A stretch of 64,000 nt of DNA from Bacteroidales bacterium (GCA_045598025.1 JAZLLH010000061.1:4551-68550); one strand, 5' to 3'; counted from the first letter of the stretch, positions 35,167 to 46,191 are shown. The notes: generated by a model from the sequence alone, not told the origin. Translations and numbers: made by a program.

Positions 35167-37848
35167 ATGAAACACTCCGCAAGCAAAACTTGCCTTTGGG
35201 CCTTCGGTATGACCTTACTGCTCTGCTTTACAACGGCTCATGCTCAACGCATCGTACTGAACTCTGACCTTACCCACCACGGGGACTTTCATTGGGAAAC
35301 GCTTCCGCTGAGTGAAACCAAAGATCTTCCCGAAATCATGTCGCAACCGGGTTACAATACCGAACACTGGTTGCCGGCCATCGTTCCCGGAACGGTACTC
35401 AATACGGACGTATACAACGGAAAAGTGCCTGAGCCCTACTACGGATTGAACAACAAAGTGCAAAAAGGTCTGATTCCGGACATCACTCAAGTCGGGCGCG
35501 ATTACTATACCCGCTGGTTCCGCACGGAATTCGAAGTACCCGCTGCTTTTGCCGGAAAACAGATCTGGCTGCAGTTTGATGGAATCAACTACCACGCCGA
35601 AGTATGGATCAACGGCCATCTGCTCAGTTCCATTCATGGTATGTTTGTGCAGGACTACATCAACATTACCGACTTTGTCAAACCGGGTCAGAAAGCGGCC
35701 TTGGCAGTCAAAGTGATACCGGTAGACGTGCCCGGTACCTGGAAGAAAAAGGACTGGGGAGCATTCAAGGAATTCCACAACGGTGGAGACGGAAATATCG
35801 GTCTGAACACCACCATGCTGATGAGCATCGGTTGGGACTTCACTTTCATGGATGGCATACGCGACCGCAATACCGGTATCTGGCGCAGCATCTATCTGTA
35901 TGCTACAGGCGAAGTGGTTCTCAGACACCCCTTCGTCCGATCTGAGCTCCGCCATCCCGACTATGCCCAGGCCTCGGAAACCGTTTCCGTGGAAGTGACC
36001 AATCCGACCTTTTTGCCAGTGGAATGTGTGGTGGAGGGAGAAATCGGTGACATAGTATTCGAAAAGAAAGTTTCCGTAGACAGAGGCTGCACCCGGGAAG
36101 TTGTCTTTACTCCGGATGAATTTCAGCAGCTTGTCATTGACAATCCGAAACTGTGGTGGCCAGTGAACAAGGGTCCCCAAAACCTCTACGATCTGAAAAT
36201 GACAGTTCTGGTCAACGGAAAAATCAGCGATACCCTGCACAGCCGTTTCGGCATACGCGAAATCACCTCCGACACCAACACTCCCGACCACTCCCGCGTA
36301 TTCTACGTCAACGGGAAGAAAATCTTCATCCGCGGTTCCAACTGGATACCGGAAGCTATGCTCCGCTCGAACGATGCGCGTACGGAAGCGGAGCTCCGCT
36401 ATACGCAGCAGTGCGGCATCAACCTGCTCCGCTTCTGGGGCGGCGGCATTGCCGAATCCGATCGTTTTTACGAACTCTGCGATGAATACGGCATACTGAT
36501 CTGGCAGGAATTCTGGATGACCGGCGATACCCGTCACCCACAAGATAAAGGGGTGTATATGAACAATGTAGAATCCACCGTAAAACGCATCCGCAACCAT
36601 GCTTCCCTCGCCTACTATGTCTGCTCCAACGAAAGCACCGAAATGCCGGGCATGCGGGAACTACTGACGCACCTTGACGGCACTCGCGGATACCAGATGC
36701 AGTCGGAATGTGACGGCATACACGATGGCAGTCCTTACAAGCAGGTCAACCCTATGAGGCATTACGAAAATACCGCTTCGGAAAGAGGCAGCCGTATTGA
36801 CGGCTTCAATCCGGAGTACGGAGCCCCCATGCTGCCCCTGGCAGAATCCCTGCGGCTGATGATGGACGAAAAAGACCTTTGGCCCATCAATACGGAAGTC
36901 TGGGACTATCATGACGGCAACGGTTTTTCCCAAGTCAGTACGCTTTACCGACAAATGACGGATGAATACGGAACGTCCACCTCCATAGACGAATTCTCAC
37001 AAAAAGCCCAATTGGTGGCTGCCGTCAATGCACATTCCATATGGGAAACCTGGAACTACAACAAACTCGGCTATGGGGACCGTTGGGCTTCCGGTCTGCT
37101 TTTCTGGTTCCACAACAGCCCGATTCCTCAGGTCTGCGGACACATCTACGACTGGTACCTTGAACCTACGGCAGCCCTTTACCATACGGCCAACGCCCTG
37201 GAACCGGTGCACGTACAATTTGACTTTCTGAAAAATTCCGTATCGGTCGTCAATGATTACTATACACCCTTCGAAGGCGGAAAAGTAACAGCCACCATAT
37301 ACGACCTCAACAGTCGCAAAATTTGGGAAAAAAGTACCTTTGTCAGCGTTCCGGAAGACGGCGTTGCCTGCGACCTGCTTCCGATTAAGTTCTCACCGGC
37401 AGCCGGCAAGGTACAATTCCTGGCGCTGCACCTGGCAGATGCACAGGGAAATACCGTTTCCGAAAATTTTTACTGGCACTCCGACAGCCGCTACGAAGGT
37501 GCCTCCACCCTGACCGGTCCCTGCACGGCCGGATTTCAGTCCCTGGATTCCATGAAAGCGGCTCAACTCAAATGCACAGTTCAAACCCGCCGGGAAAACG
37601 GCCGCCTGTATGTGGATGTGAAGATGAAAAATACTTCGAAACAGATTGCCTTTTTCAATCAACTGCATCTGAAAGACGTACAACTGAATCCTATACGTCC
37701 TGCCTACTATACCGATAATTTCTTCACCCTGATGCCGGGCACTTCCCGAACCGTGACCATAGAAGCAGCAGAAGAACAGGTTCCCGCCGGCAGTTGCGTG
37801 GAAATCTCCGGATGGAATACCGGCAATCAGATTCTGAAATGGAAGTAA
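35167..37848 (+). CDS. Glycoside hydrolase family 2 protein (exo-beta-D-glucosaminidase / beta-mannosidase-like), secreted
   Basis: Signal peptide after the ATG at 35167. GH2 sugar-binding N-domain (WLPAIVPGTVL), TIM-barrel motifs (IRGSNWIPE, NLLRFWGGG, CSNES, NPEYG). Confidence 0.8.
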   Translation: MKHSASKTCLWAFGMTLLLCFTTAHAQRIVLNSDLTHHGDFHWETLPLSETKDLPEIMSQPGYNTEHWLPAIVPGTVLNTDVYNGKVPEPYYGLNNKVQKGLIPDITQVGRDYYTRWFRTEFEVPAAFAGKQIWLQFDGINYHAEVWINGHLLSSIHGMFVQDYINITDFVKPGQKAALAVKVIPVDVPGTWKKKDWGAFKEFHNGGDGNIGLNTTMLMSIGWDFTFMDGIRDRNTGIWRSIYLYATGEVVLRHPFVRSELRHPDYAQASETVSVEVTNPTFLPVECVVEGEIGDIVFEKKVSVDRGCTREVVFTPDEFQQLVIDNPKLWWPVNKGPQNLYDLKMTVLVNGKISDTLHSRFGIREITSDTNTPDHSRVFYVNGKKIFIRGSNWIPEAMLRSNDARTEAELRYTQQCGINLLRFWGGGIAESDRFYELCDEYGILIWQEFWMTGDTRHPQDKGVYMNNVESTVKRIRNHASLAYYVCSNESTEMPGMRELLTHLDGTRGYQMQSECDGIHDGSPYKQVNPMRHYENTASERGSRIDGFNPEYGAPMLPLAESLRLMMDEKDLWPINTEVWDYHDGNGFSQVSTLYRQMTDEYGTSTSIDEFSQKAQLVAAVNAHSIWETWNYNKLGYGDRWASGLLFWFHNSPIPQVCGHIYDWYLEPTAALYHTANALEPVHVQFDFLKNSVSVVNDYYTPFEGGKVTATIYDLNSRKIWEKSTFVSVPEDGVACDLLPIKFSPAAGKVQFLALHLADAQGNTVSENFYWHSDSRYEGASTLTGPCTAGFQSLDSMKAAQLKCTVQTRRENGRLYVDVKMKNTSKQIAFFNQLHLKDVQLNPIRPAYYTDNFFTLMPGTSRTVTIEAAEEQVPAGSCVEISGWNTGNQILKWK

Positions 37849-37866
37849 GTCTTACGCTTCCGCGCG

Positions 37867-39129
37867 CTATTTCAACACCACCTGCAGCATGGAACGGCTC
37901 CGCTGTTCCATCATCACCTTACGTCCTTCTACAAAAGGCTGCAGACTGTCGGCCTGATAATGCCGGATACTGAGCAGCTCCACATTTTCATTGTAACGGA
38001 CACTGAACTCTGTCTGCAATTCCTCTATCAGTTGGGGAAGACTTTCCCTGGCGTCCACACAGACAGAAAAACTGATGGCTGAATTCTGCATCAAATTGAT
38101 CTTAAATCCAAAAAGAGCAAACAAGGCAAAAATGGTAGACAGATTTTCCTCCGCAATAAAGGAAAAATCCTTGGAAAAAATGGAAATCAATACCTGCTTG
38201 GTTTTTCGAATATAGCAGGGCATCTTCTCATACTCCTTGAACGAATGGATGAGGCTTCCGCTGGCTTCCGGATGCAGAAAAGACTTGACATAGAGTGGAA
38301 TATTCTTATTCTGCAAAGGCTTGATGGTTTTCGGATGTATCACGCTGGCTCCATAATAAGCAAGTTCAATGGCTTCGCGATAGGGAATCCTTTCCAATTT
38401 GACGGCATTGGGAAAGACTTTGGGGTCCGCATTCAGTAAACCGTCCACATCCTTCCAGATGGTTACGCTTTCCGCATGGAGGGAATAGGCAAAAATAGCC
38501 GCACTGTAATCGGAACCTTCCCGACCCAAGGTTATGGGAAATTTTTCCGGCGTGCCGGCGATGAATCCCTGCGTCAGCAGCAGACGGTCCAGTCCGGAAG
38601 GATATTTGTCCTGCAAATGCCTTTGTATTTTGTGCTCGGTCTTCTTCCAATCCACTACACCCTCGCGGTAATGATTGTCCGTGCAAACCAGACGGCGGGC
38701 GTCCATCCACTCATGAGGGAACTGCAGTTTGTCCAAATAGGCCGATATCAGTCGGGTAGAAAAAATTTCTCCAAAGGAAACGATCTGATCATACTCGAAA
38801 TCGTAATTTTCGCTGGATTCCTGCTGCAAGCGGTTTTCCAGCACTCGAAACTGTTCTTCTAATTTTTTGGCGTACAGGGCATACTCTCCGGGGAGCAACT
38901 CTTCCAGAATCTGGCGGTGCTCTTCGCGCACAGCCTCAAACGAGGCCATTTTTTCCGATCGGTTTTCCACATAAGCGGCTACCAGTTCCTCCAAATGATT
39001 GGTCGTCTTTCCCAAGGCGGAAATCACCACCACTGTCGGCGTATCCGCATATTTACGTATGATTTCCACTACATTGCGGATGCGTCCGGCATCCTTGATG
39101 GAAGCTCCACCGAATTTGAATATCTTCAT
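37867..39129 (-). CDS. lysC: Aspartate kinase
   Basis: MKIFKFGGASIKD, VISALGKTTNHL, LGREGSDYSAA, and C-terminal ACT-like repeats. ATG at 39127-39129. Confidence 0.85.
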   Translation of the reverse strand: MKIFKFGGASIKDAGRIRNVVEIIRKYADTPTVVVISALGKTTNHLEELVAAYVENRSEKMASFEAVREEHRQILEELLPGEYALYAKKLEEQFRVLENRLQQESSENYDFEYDQIVSFGEIFSTRLISAYLDKLQFPHEWMDARRLVCTDNHYREGVVDWKKTEHKIQRHLQDKYPSGLDRLLLTQGFIAGTPEKFPITLGREGSDYSAAIFAYSLHAESVTIWKDVDGLLNADPKVFPNAVKLERIPYREAIELAYYGASVIHPKTIKPLQNKNIPLYVKSFLHPEASGSLIHSFKEYEKMPCYIRKTKQVLISIFSKDFSFIAEENLSTIFALFALFGFKINLMQNSAISFSVCVDARESLPQLIEELQTEFSVRYNENVELLSIRHYQADSLQPFVEGRKVMMEQRSRSMLQVVLK

Positions 39130-39167
39130 AGGTTCAATATTTTCATCATAAGTGCAGGCTTTCTGCG

Positions 39168-40235
39168 TCAATAGGCTAAATCCAGCAATATGGGCAAATG
39201 GTCTGAATATCCTCCCAGGTAATTCGGACCCGAATACGTACGGAAGGGTTTCTTACCATGATATTTTTCATCATCTGACAACATGAAGGGCTGTGAGAAT
39301 ATGCATACCGGAGAGACCACCCGATAGGAGGCATCCGGCTGTGTCATGAAAGGCGTGACGATGAACTGGTCCAGCACAGCCCAGTTTTTTCTGTATTTGT
39401 GCGTTCCCACCTGATTTTTCTTCAAATAGGGAGCCATCAGATTGAGCAGTTCTCCTTCTCTTACTTTTTCCGTAACAGAAGCTTTCAGATAATAACGCAT
39501 GCTGCTGTCCGTCGGAGTATCGTTGAAATCCCCCATGGCCACGATGGAGGCTCTCGGCTGTCTGGCCAAAATAGAATCAATGCGTCCCCGCAGAATACGG
39601 GCACACTGGTTTCGCTTACTCATGGTAGCCATATAGCCTCCATAGCGGGAAGTAAAATGATTGACAAACAAATGCAAAGTGTCCTTGGAATCCTTGGCGA
39701 TACCTTTCACATACAGTATGTCCCGGGTGTGGGAATCCGGATGTTCGGAAAAAACGACAGGCACCGCTTCCTGATACAACAAACGGAACTTGTCCTGACG
39801 GTAAAACAGAGCCACATCCACGCCACGGGGATCCGGAGATTCAAAATGGACATATTTGTATCCATACCTTTTCAAACCAGTGGTATAAAGCAAACGCTTG
39901 ATGACTTCCGGATTTTCCACTTCGGCTACTCCGATGATGTCCGGCACGTCGCCTTCTCCCATAGAAAGAAACACTTTGGACAGATGATCCGCTTTCTGCT
40001 GGTAACGGAAGTACGTCCAATGGTTCTGCCCGTCCGGGGTGAAAGCATTGTCATTTTTCAACGGATCGTCGTTGTCGTCAAAAAAATTCTCCAGATTATA
40101 AAAACACAAACGAAGGGTTCGCGTACGCTCCGTATCGGACAAACAAGGGCAAAAAGCAGGATCCGTCTGTGCAAGCACCCGGAAGGGTACCAACAAACCG
40201 ATAAAACACAACCACAGAAATCGGAGATGCTTCAT
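39168..40235 (-). CDS. Endonuclease/exonuclease/phosphatase (EEP) family protein, secreted
   Basis: Signal peptide MKHLRFLWLCFIGLLVPFRVLAQ. YNLENFFD, GVAEVEN, MGDFND, SDHLPILLDL. Confidence 0.8.
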   Translation of the reverse strand: MKHLRFLWLCFIGLLVPFRVLAQTDPAFCPCLSDTERTRTLRLCFYNLENFFDDNDDPLKNDNAFTPDGQNHWTYFRYQQKADHLSKVFLSMGEGDVPDIIGVAEVENPEVIKRLLYTTGLKRYGYKYVHFESPDPRGVDVALFYRQDKFRLLYQEAVPVVFSEHPDSHTRDILYVKGIAKDSKDTLHLFVNHFTSRYGGYMATMSKRNQCARILRGRIDSILARQPRASIVAMGDFNDTPTDSSMRYYLKASVTEKVREGELLNLMAPYLKKNQVGTHKYRKNWAVLDQFIVTPFMTQPDASYRVVSPVCIFSQPFMLSDDEKYHGKKPFRTYSGPNYLGGYSDHLPILLDLAY

Positions 40236-40245
40236 GCTGCAAGGA

Positions 40246-40695
40246 TTACATATTGTCATCCGCATACCATTCCGCATAGGAGGTTGCCGTTTCTCCCAAG
40301 CGCAGACTATGTAAGGAGACCGACGATGGCAACTGCCGTTTCAACAGATCGGCGAAATGCAGCAGCATGCGTTCCGATGTAGGCTGATAAGGCAGCAATT
40401 CCACTTTCTGATAATGTTTCTGCAATTGGGCTACCAGGTCGGCATCCACCGCCTCATTCAGTACCAGGGAATGATCGAAACGATCCACTATCTGCTGATG
40501 GACGATTTTTTTCAAATCCGAAAAATCCATCAGCATACCGCATTTCGGGGAATCCGTCCCTTCCTCCGGCCGACCGACAACCGTCACCCTCAGTTCATAC
40601 GAATGGCCGTGAATGTTGCGGCACAAACCATCGTACCCGACTAAAGCGTGCGCCATTTCGAAACGGAATATTTTGGTAATACGAATGTTTTCCAT
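40246..40695 (-). CDS. queD: 6-carboxy-5,6,7,8-tetrahydropterin synthase (6-pyruvoyl-tetrahydropterin synthase family)
   Basis: FRFEMAHALVGYDGLCRNIHGHSYELRVTV. ATG at 40693-40695. Confidence 0.85.
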   Translation of the reverse strand: MENIRITKIFRFEMAHALVGYDGLCRNIHGHSYELRVTVVGRPEEGTDSPKCGMLMDFSDLKKIVHQQIVDRFDHSLVLNEAVDADLVAQLQKHYQKVELLPYQPTSERMLLHFADLLKRQLPSSVSLHSLRLGETATSYAEWYADDNM

Positions 40696-40697
40696 TT

Positions 40698-42146
40698 TTA
40701 TCCGATTTGTGCGACCGCCCATTCCAAAGCTTCCTGCATCCAGGCCGGATCTACGGCCGGAATGTCCCCGTTTCGGGTCAGGAGTTCCATCATGGAACGG
40801 GTCTTCTGAATATCTTCTTCCGCCATGCGGTAAACTTCATCCCAACTTAATTCGCGACGGGCAAGTCCCTCTTTTTTTGCCTGCATAGCCACATCAGCAG
40901 CCACTTTCGGGAACATGGGCGTTTCCGTCATTTTCGGAATGATGTCATCAACCGAAATGCCTCGCTGTTCCGCATAATCGGCAATGGAATGTGCCGCTGC
41001 AATGGCCATACCATCGGAAATAGCCTTGGCATGTACAAGCAACGTACCTTTCAGAATGGCTGGGAAACACACGGAATTGTTGACCTGATTGGGGAAATCG
41101 CCCCTGCCCGTAGCCACAATGTATGCTCCGGCTTCTTTGGCCTCGGAAGGATAAATTTCCGGTACGGGATTGGCACAGGCAAACACTATGGATTTGTTCG
41201 CCATGGAAGCAATCCATTCCGGTTTAATGGTCCCGGGACCCGGTTTGGAAGCAGCTACCACAATATCGGCATCTTTGAAAGCTTCTTCCTCGGTCAGAAC
41301 GTGGTTGGGATTGGTAATCTTGCTCAAATCCCACTGACGGTAGAATTTGGGATCGTTTTTATAGTCTTCCCGCTGATCATGCAGGGTCCCTTTACTGGAA
41401 AAAATAATCATCTTTTTGGGATCGGCTCCGTCAGTAATCATCAGGCGGGCGATGCTCGTATTGGCCGCTCCTGCGCCGTAAAGCACAATCTTACAGTCAG
41501 AAATCTTCTTGCCAACCAGTTTCAAGGCATTGATGATGCCGGCCAATGTCACACAGGCTGTACCCTGGGCGTCATCATGCCATACCGGAATATCGCAGTG
41601 CTCACGCAACTCGTCCAGCACCCGATAGCAATTGGGATGGGAAATGTCTTCCAGATTGACAGCTCCGAAGGAAGGCTGGAGCATTTTGACGAATTCTATG
41701 ATTTTTTCAGCACAATGCTTTCCGTTTTCGTCCCGACTGTCCATACAGAGAGCCACCGCATCGATACCGCCCAGATATTTCATCAGAAAAGCTTTCCCTT
41801 CCATCACACCGAGACCACCCGGAGGAGTGCAGTCTCCATCACCCAGCACCCGGGTAGAATCGCTGACCACAGCCACCAGATTGTGGCGGTTACTCAAGGC
41901 ATAAGAGGTCTGATTATCGTCACGGATAGTGGTGGATACCGAAGACACGCCCGGTGTATACCAGACATTGAACCAGTTGAAAGCAGGCAGCGGAACTTTG
42001 GGAACCGTCTGCATTTTACCCTTGTGATGTTCGTGAGCTATCAATGACAACTTTTTATAAAACAAAGTTTTACACTTTTCTTTTTCGGCTTGTGTGAAAC
42101 GTTCCGGAAAACATTCCTGCAAATTGCTTAAATCTTCTTTAATCAT
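40698..42146 (-). CDS. NAD(P)-dependent malic enzyme (short form, no PTA domain)
   Basis: VAVVSDSTRVLGDGD...GGLGVMEGKAFL, LEDISHPNC, GAGAANTSI. Confidence 0.88.
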   Translation of the reverse strand: MIKEDLSNLQECFPERFTQAEKEKCKTLFYKKLSLIAHEHHKGKMQTVPKVPLPAFNWFNVWYTPGVSSVSTTIRDDNQTSYALSNRHNLVAVVSDSTRVLGDGDCTPPGGLGVMEGKAFLMKYLGGIDAVALCMDSRDENGKHCAEKIIEFVKMLQPSFGAVNLEDISHPNCYRVLDELREHCDIPVWHDDAQGTACVTLAGIINALKLVGKKISDCKIVLYGAGAANTSIARLMITDGADPKKMIIFSSKGTLHDQREDYKNDPKFYRQWDLSKITNPNHVLTEEEAFKDADIVVAASKPGPGTIKPEWIASMANKSIVFACANPVPEIYPSEAKEAGAYIVATGRGDFPNQVNNSVCFPAILKGTLLVHAKAISDGMAIAAAHSIADYAEQRGISVDDIIPKMTETPMFPKVAADVAMQAKKEGLARRELSWDEVYRMAEEDIQKTRSMMELLTRNGDIPAVDPAWMQEALEWAVAQIG

Positions 42147-42171
42147 CGTGTTTCAATTTTTTTGCGAACTA

Positions 42172-42179
42172 CAAAAGTA
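42172..42179 (-). promoter_or_regulatory. -7 element TACTTTTG for the malic enzyme gene
   Basis: Exact consensus on the minus strand, 26 nt upstream of the ATG at 42146. Confidence 0.45.
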
Positions 42180-42294
42180 GACATTTTTTTCATACACTTC
42201 CGACCCTGTCTCCCGATTCCCGATATTTTTTTAAATCCTGCCTGCTACCGTAGTATGAACTGCTGAATGACAGCATTTGACAAATTCAAATAGA

Positions 42295-43011
42295 TCAGCG
42301 CATCACCTCCTTCAGCACTTTGTGTGACTGCACGTGGGCGATGGATGCGGACACATGGCGCGCATAATATGCCAAAAGACAATCCAACATAGGTGCGCGA
42401 TAGACAGAAGGAAGTATTTCCTCCTTGGCAGAAGGACACAGCAAAGCATCCGACAAACGGGGTATCCAAGAGGAAAGCGTTTCATCTGCCCTATCCCGGA
42501 CAGCAGTAAACTGGGCCGATTCTACCTGAAAATACGGACAGGAAGCGGAGCAGTTGTTCAAAGGGGCGCACCCCAGGAAATGGGTCAGCTGCCACAGAAA
42601 GCGCAGGTGAAAATCCGGAATATAATCATGATTTTCAAATAATTGAAGCGATTCATCAACAAACAGGAAAAGCTCTTCGTCCGGAGGAGTCGTCTGCAGT
42701 ACTTTATATAATACCTCGTTGAGAAACATTTTGACGGCCGACTTCAAATAGTCAAAATCCCGCATGTCTGCCGGATGTTCCAGTTCCACAGATTTCAAAT
42801 AATCCAGCGCATCGCTTCTGCGGCGCTCTGCTTTCAAATCCACCACTGCCAGTGGCTGAAGTTTGACCCATTGACCCTTCTTTTCCTTTTTCAGAGAAGT
42901 ATATGCCATATAGGAGCGCATGCCTTCCTTGTCGGTATACACGTGATAGATAGCCTTGTTGTCGGCAAAAACCGTTTTGTGAAGGACAATGCCTTTGGTC
43001 TGATAAATCAC
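42295..43011 (-). CDS. recO: DNA repair protein RecO
   Basis: MIYQTKGIVLHKTVFADNKAIYHVYT is an OB-fold N-terminus typical of RecO. The start is GTG and overlaps the rdgB stop (GTGA). Confidence 0.8.
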   Translation of the reverse strand: MIYQTKGIVLHKTVFADNKAIYHVYTDKEGMRSYMAYTSLKKEKKGQWVKLQPLAVVDLKAERRRSDALDYLKSVELEHPADMRDFDYLKSAVKMFLNEVLYKVLQTTPPDEELFLFVDESLQLFENHDYIPDFHLRFLWQLTHFLGCAPLNNCSASCPYFQVESAQFTAVRDRADETLSSWIPRLSDALLCPSAKEEILPSVYRAPMLDCLLAYYARHVSASIAHVQSHKVLKEVMR

Positions 43012-43595
43012 AGCTGATGACTTAAAAAATCGACCAATCGGGAGACGGCCCTTCCTCTGTGGCTGATGCGGTTTTTCTCTTCTGCAGGCATCTCAGCAAA
43101 AGTTTGCCGATATCCCTGCGGCAAAAATACCGGATCGTAACCGAAACCTTCACAACCACTGCGTTCCAAGGTGATGAATCCGTCCACTCTGCCTTCAAAA
43201 AAGTACTCCTTCCCATCCAGCAGCAAAGCCACTACTGTACGAAAACGGGCCGTGCGTTTTTCCAAATCCCGGACATTTTCCAATTCGCCCAACAACTTAC
43301 GCACATTATCATCAAAAGAGCAGCCTTCACCGGCATAACGGGCCGAGTATACCCCAGGCCTGCCGTTCAAGGCATCCACTTCCAATCCGGTATCATCAGC
43401 AAAACAGGAACAATGGTAACGTTCCCATACAAATTGGGCTTTCTGCAGGGCATTTCCCTGCAAGGTGTCATGTGTTTCCGGAATTTCCTCTTCGCAGCCC
43501 AGTTCCGACAGGGAACGGACAAGGATACCTTCCGGTAGCATCGCCTGCACTTCGGACACTTTGTGCTTGTTGTGGGTGGCAAATATCAGATCCAT
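43008..43595 (-). CDS. rdgB: Non-canonical purine NTP pyrophosphatase (dITP/XTP pyrophosphatase)
   Basis: IFATHNKHKVSEV, ETHDTLQGNALQKA, ADDTGLEVDALNGRPGVYSARY, GFGYDPVF, SHRGRA. ATG at 43593-43595. Confidence 0.9.
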   Translation of the reverse strand: MDLIFATHNKHKVSEVQAMLPEGILVRSLSELGCEEEIPETHDTLQGNALQKAQFVWERYHCSCFADDTGLEVDALNGRPGVYSARYAGEGCSFDDNVRKLLGELENVRDLEKRTARFRTVVALLLDGKEYFFEGRVDGFITLERSGCEGFGYDPVFLPQGYRQTFAEMPAEEKNRISHRGRAVSRLVDFLSHQL

Positions 43596-43733
43596 TTCAA
43601 AAAGATTGTTTGATGTGAGATAACGCAAAACAATGCCGTTTATTGTTGCCGTGGAAGAAGGCTCTTCCGTAAATACGTATACAAAAAAATCCCTCCATTC
43701 GGAGGGATTTTTAACGAATAACACGTAGCCGGT

Positions 43734-44999
43734 TTAGAACAACTCGTGAATCACCAGACCGGAACGCAGTTTGGGTTCGAACCAGGTGGTTTTCGGCGGC
43801 ATGATATTGCCGGTATCGGCAATGTCGATAATCTGCTTCATGGATACCGGATAAAGGGCGAAGGCCACTTTCATTTCCCCGTTATCCACGCGACGTTTCA
43901 GCTCGCCTAAACCGCGGATTCCTCCGACGAAATCAATGCGCTTGTCGGTACGAAGATCCTTAATTCCCAATATTTTATCAAGAACATGATCGCTCAGGAT
44001 CTTGACATCCAACACGCCGATGGGATCGTTGTCATCATACTTTCCGGCTTTAGCCGTCATCTTGTACCAATGACCATCCAAATACATGCTGTGTTCGTGC
44101 AACTTGGAAGGTTTGTAAATTTCAGTACCCATGTCTTCGACTGTGTAGGCGTCGTTCAAAGCGGCCAGGAACTGTTCTTTATTCAAACCGTTGAGATCTT
44201 TCACTACCCGGTTGTAGTCAATCACGTTCAGCTGATTGTCCGGGAAAATCACCGTCATGAAGTAATTGTACTCTTCCTTACCGGTATGATTCGGATTGTG
44301 CTCTTTCTTTTCCTGACCCACGAGGGCGGCAGCAGCACTGCGGTGATGACCGTCAGCGATATACATGGCAGGAACTTTTTTGTCAAAAAGTTCGACCAGC
44401 TCGGCAATCATCTTCGCATCGTCGATAACCCAGAAACGGTGGCCAAATCCGTCTTCCTTGGCAATGAAGTCGTAAATCGGTTTGTTCTTCACTACGGAAG
44501 CCACGATTTCATCGATACGGGAAACGGCAGGATAAGCAAAGAATACCGGTTCCACGTTGGCATTGGTGATGCGGACGTGACGCATGCGGTCTTCTTCTTT
44601 GTCCTTACGGGTCAATTCGTGTTTTTTGATGACTTTGTTGATGTAGTCTTCGCTATAGGCGCAAGCCACAATGCCGTACTGCCAGTGAGCGTCGGCATCC
44701 TTCGGATTCATGCTCTGTGCATAGATGTAGAGTTTTTCTTCCTTATCCTGCACCAGCCAACCGAAATCCTTGAATGCATTATAGTTCTTTACGACCTGCA
44801 GATAAACTTCCGGATCAGTATCCTTGATGCCCGGTTCCAAGTCGATTTCGGCTTTGGTAATGTGTAACAGGCTGTAAGGATTGCCTTCGCATTCTTTGCG
44901 GGCTTCTTCGGTATTGAGTACATCATAAGGACGGGAGGCCAGTTTCTCGACGATGTCGACCGGCGGACGGAATCCCTTAAAAGGTTTGATTACTGACAT
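43734..44999 (-). CDS. DUF1015 domain-containing protein
   Basis: MSVIKPFKGFRPPVDIVEKLASRPYDVLNTEEAR and ADGHHR, characteristic of DUF1015. Confidence 0.8.
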   Translation of the reverse strand: MSVIKPFKGFRPPVDIVEKLASRPYDVLNTEEARKECEGNPYSLLHITKAEIDLEPGIKDTDPEVYLQVVKNYNAFKDFGWLVQDKEEKLYIYAQSMNPKDADAHWQYGIVACAYSEDYINKVIKKHELTRKDKEEDRMRHVRITNANVEPVFFAYPAVSRIDEIVASVVKNKPIYDFIAKEDGFGHRFWVIDDAKMIAELVELFDKKVPAMYIADGHHRSAAAALVGQEKKEHNPNHTGKEEYNYFMTVIFPDNQLNVIDYNRVVKDLNGLNKEQFLAALNDAYTVEDMGTEIYKPSKLHEHSMYLDGHWYKMTAKAGKYDDNDPIGVLDVKILSDHVLDKILGIKDLRTDKRIDFVGGIRGLGELKRRVDNGEMKVAFALYPVSMKQIIDIADTGNIMPPKTTWFEPKLRSGLVIHELF

Positions 45000-45028
45000 A
45001 ATAATTTTTTTTATGATTGATAACTAAA

Positions 45029-46156
45029 TTACGCATTCAACATCACCGGCATGACCAGCATCAAAATGTCTTCCGATACCTTTTCGTCATCGGCATACAC
45101 GGGGAAAATCAATCCGGGACCCGTAGCATGGGACAGTTTGAAAAGGACCTCGGTGGTATCCAGATTTGTCAAAAATTCCTGCAGAAATTTGGAACTGAAT
45201 CCTATGCTCAAGTCTTCGCCATCATAAGTGCAAGGCATGGTCACCACTGCCTTATTGGACAATTCGCGGTCTTCGGCGGACAGGGTCAGTTCGGTTGCGG
45301 TAATCATCAGCCGCACCTGATGCGTTGACTGATTGGAATACAGGAAAATATTTTTCAGCTTCTGCAGCATCATGGAACGTTCCACCTTGAGAGTATTCGC
45401 ATTATCCTGTGGAATGACGGAAGCATAGTTCGGATAGCGGCCTTCCACCAATTTGGAAATTACTGTCAAAGACTGTACGGTAAACGAAACCTGAGACGCG
45501 TTGAACTCTACGCGGATTTCATCCTCCACCGTTTGGAGTATGTTCTTCAACTGCAGCATCGGTTTTTTGGGAAGAATGATGGACTCCGACAAACCTGTGG
45601 TTACGTCTTTGTCCTCATACTTGACCATACGGTGTCCGTCTGTAGCAACAAAAATCACTTTCTGGGCTTCCAACTGACAAAGAATGCCTCCCATCACCGG
45701 ACGGATATCGGCCGATCCGGTAGCAAAGCTGGTCTTGGCAATGGCATTGCACAAATGCTGCACCGGCATATTGAATGTCTTGGCATCGGTCATTTCCGGC
45801 ATTTTGGGAAACTGGTCGGCTTCAAAACCGATCAGATTATAACGGGCCGTTTCCGCCGCGATTTCAATGTTGTTTTCGTCATTTACCGTAAATACGACGG
45901 GTACGTCCGGGAGTGTTTTCAAGGTTTCTACCACCAATCTGGCAGGCACGGCGACACTTCCCTCACCTTCGGCCTGCGCCAGAGCGACATGGGCCACCAT
46001 GGTCGTTTCCAGGTCGGTAGCCGTCAGGGACAAATCCATTCCCTCCATAGTGAAAAGAATATTTTCCACAATGGGTACGCTCTTGTTGGGAGATATTATA
46101 CCACTGATATTCTGTAAATTCTTGGACAATAACTGACTCGAAACAATAAACTTCAT
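45029..46156 (-). CDS. dnaN: DNA polymerase III subunit beta (sliding clamp)
   Basis: MKFIVSSQLLSKNLQNISGIISPNKSVPIVENILF, three-domain length (about 375 aa), C-terminal LVMPVMLN. Confidence 0.92.
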   Translation of the reverse strand: MKFIVSSQLLSKNLQNISGIISPNKSVPIVENILFTMEGMDLSLTATDLETTMVAHVALAQAEGEGSVAVPARLVVETLKTLPDVPVVFTVNDENNIEIAAETARYNLIGFEADQFPKMPEMTDAKTFNMPVQHLCNAIAKTSFATGSADIRPVMGGILCQLEAQKVIFVATDGHRMVKYEDKDVTTGLSESIILPKKPMLQLKNILQTVEDEIRVEFNASQVSFTVQSLTVISKLVEGRYPNYASVIPQDNANTLKVERSMMLQKLKNIFLYSNQSTHQVRLMITATELTLSAEDRELSNKAVVTMPCTYDGEDLSIGFSSKFLQEFLTNLDTTEVLFKLSHATGPGLIFPVYADDEKVSEDILMLVMPVMLNA

Positions 46157-46183
46157 CATAGACAATGCATTTTTTTGAATTTG

Positions 46184-46191
46184 CAAAAGTA
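46184..46191 (-). promoter_or_regulatory. -7 element TACTTTTG for dnaN
   Basis: Exact consensus on the minus strand, about 28 nt upstream of the ATG. Confidence 0.45.
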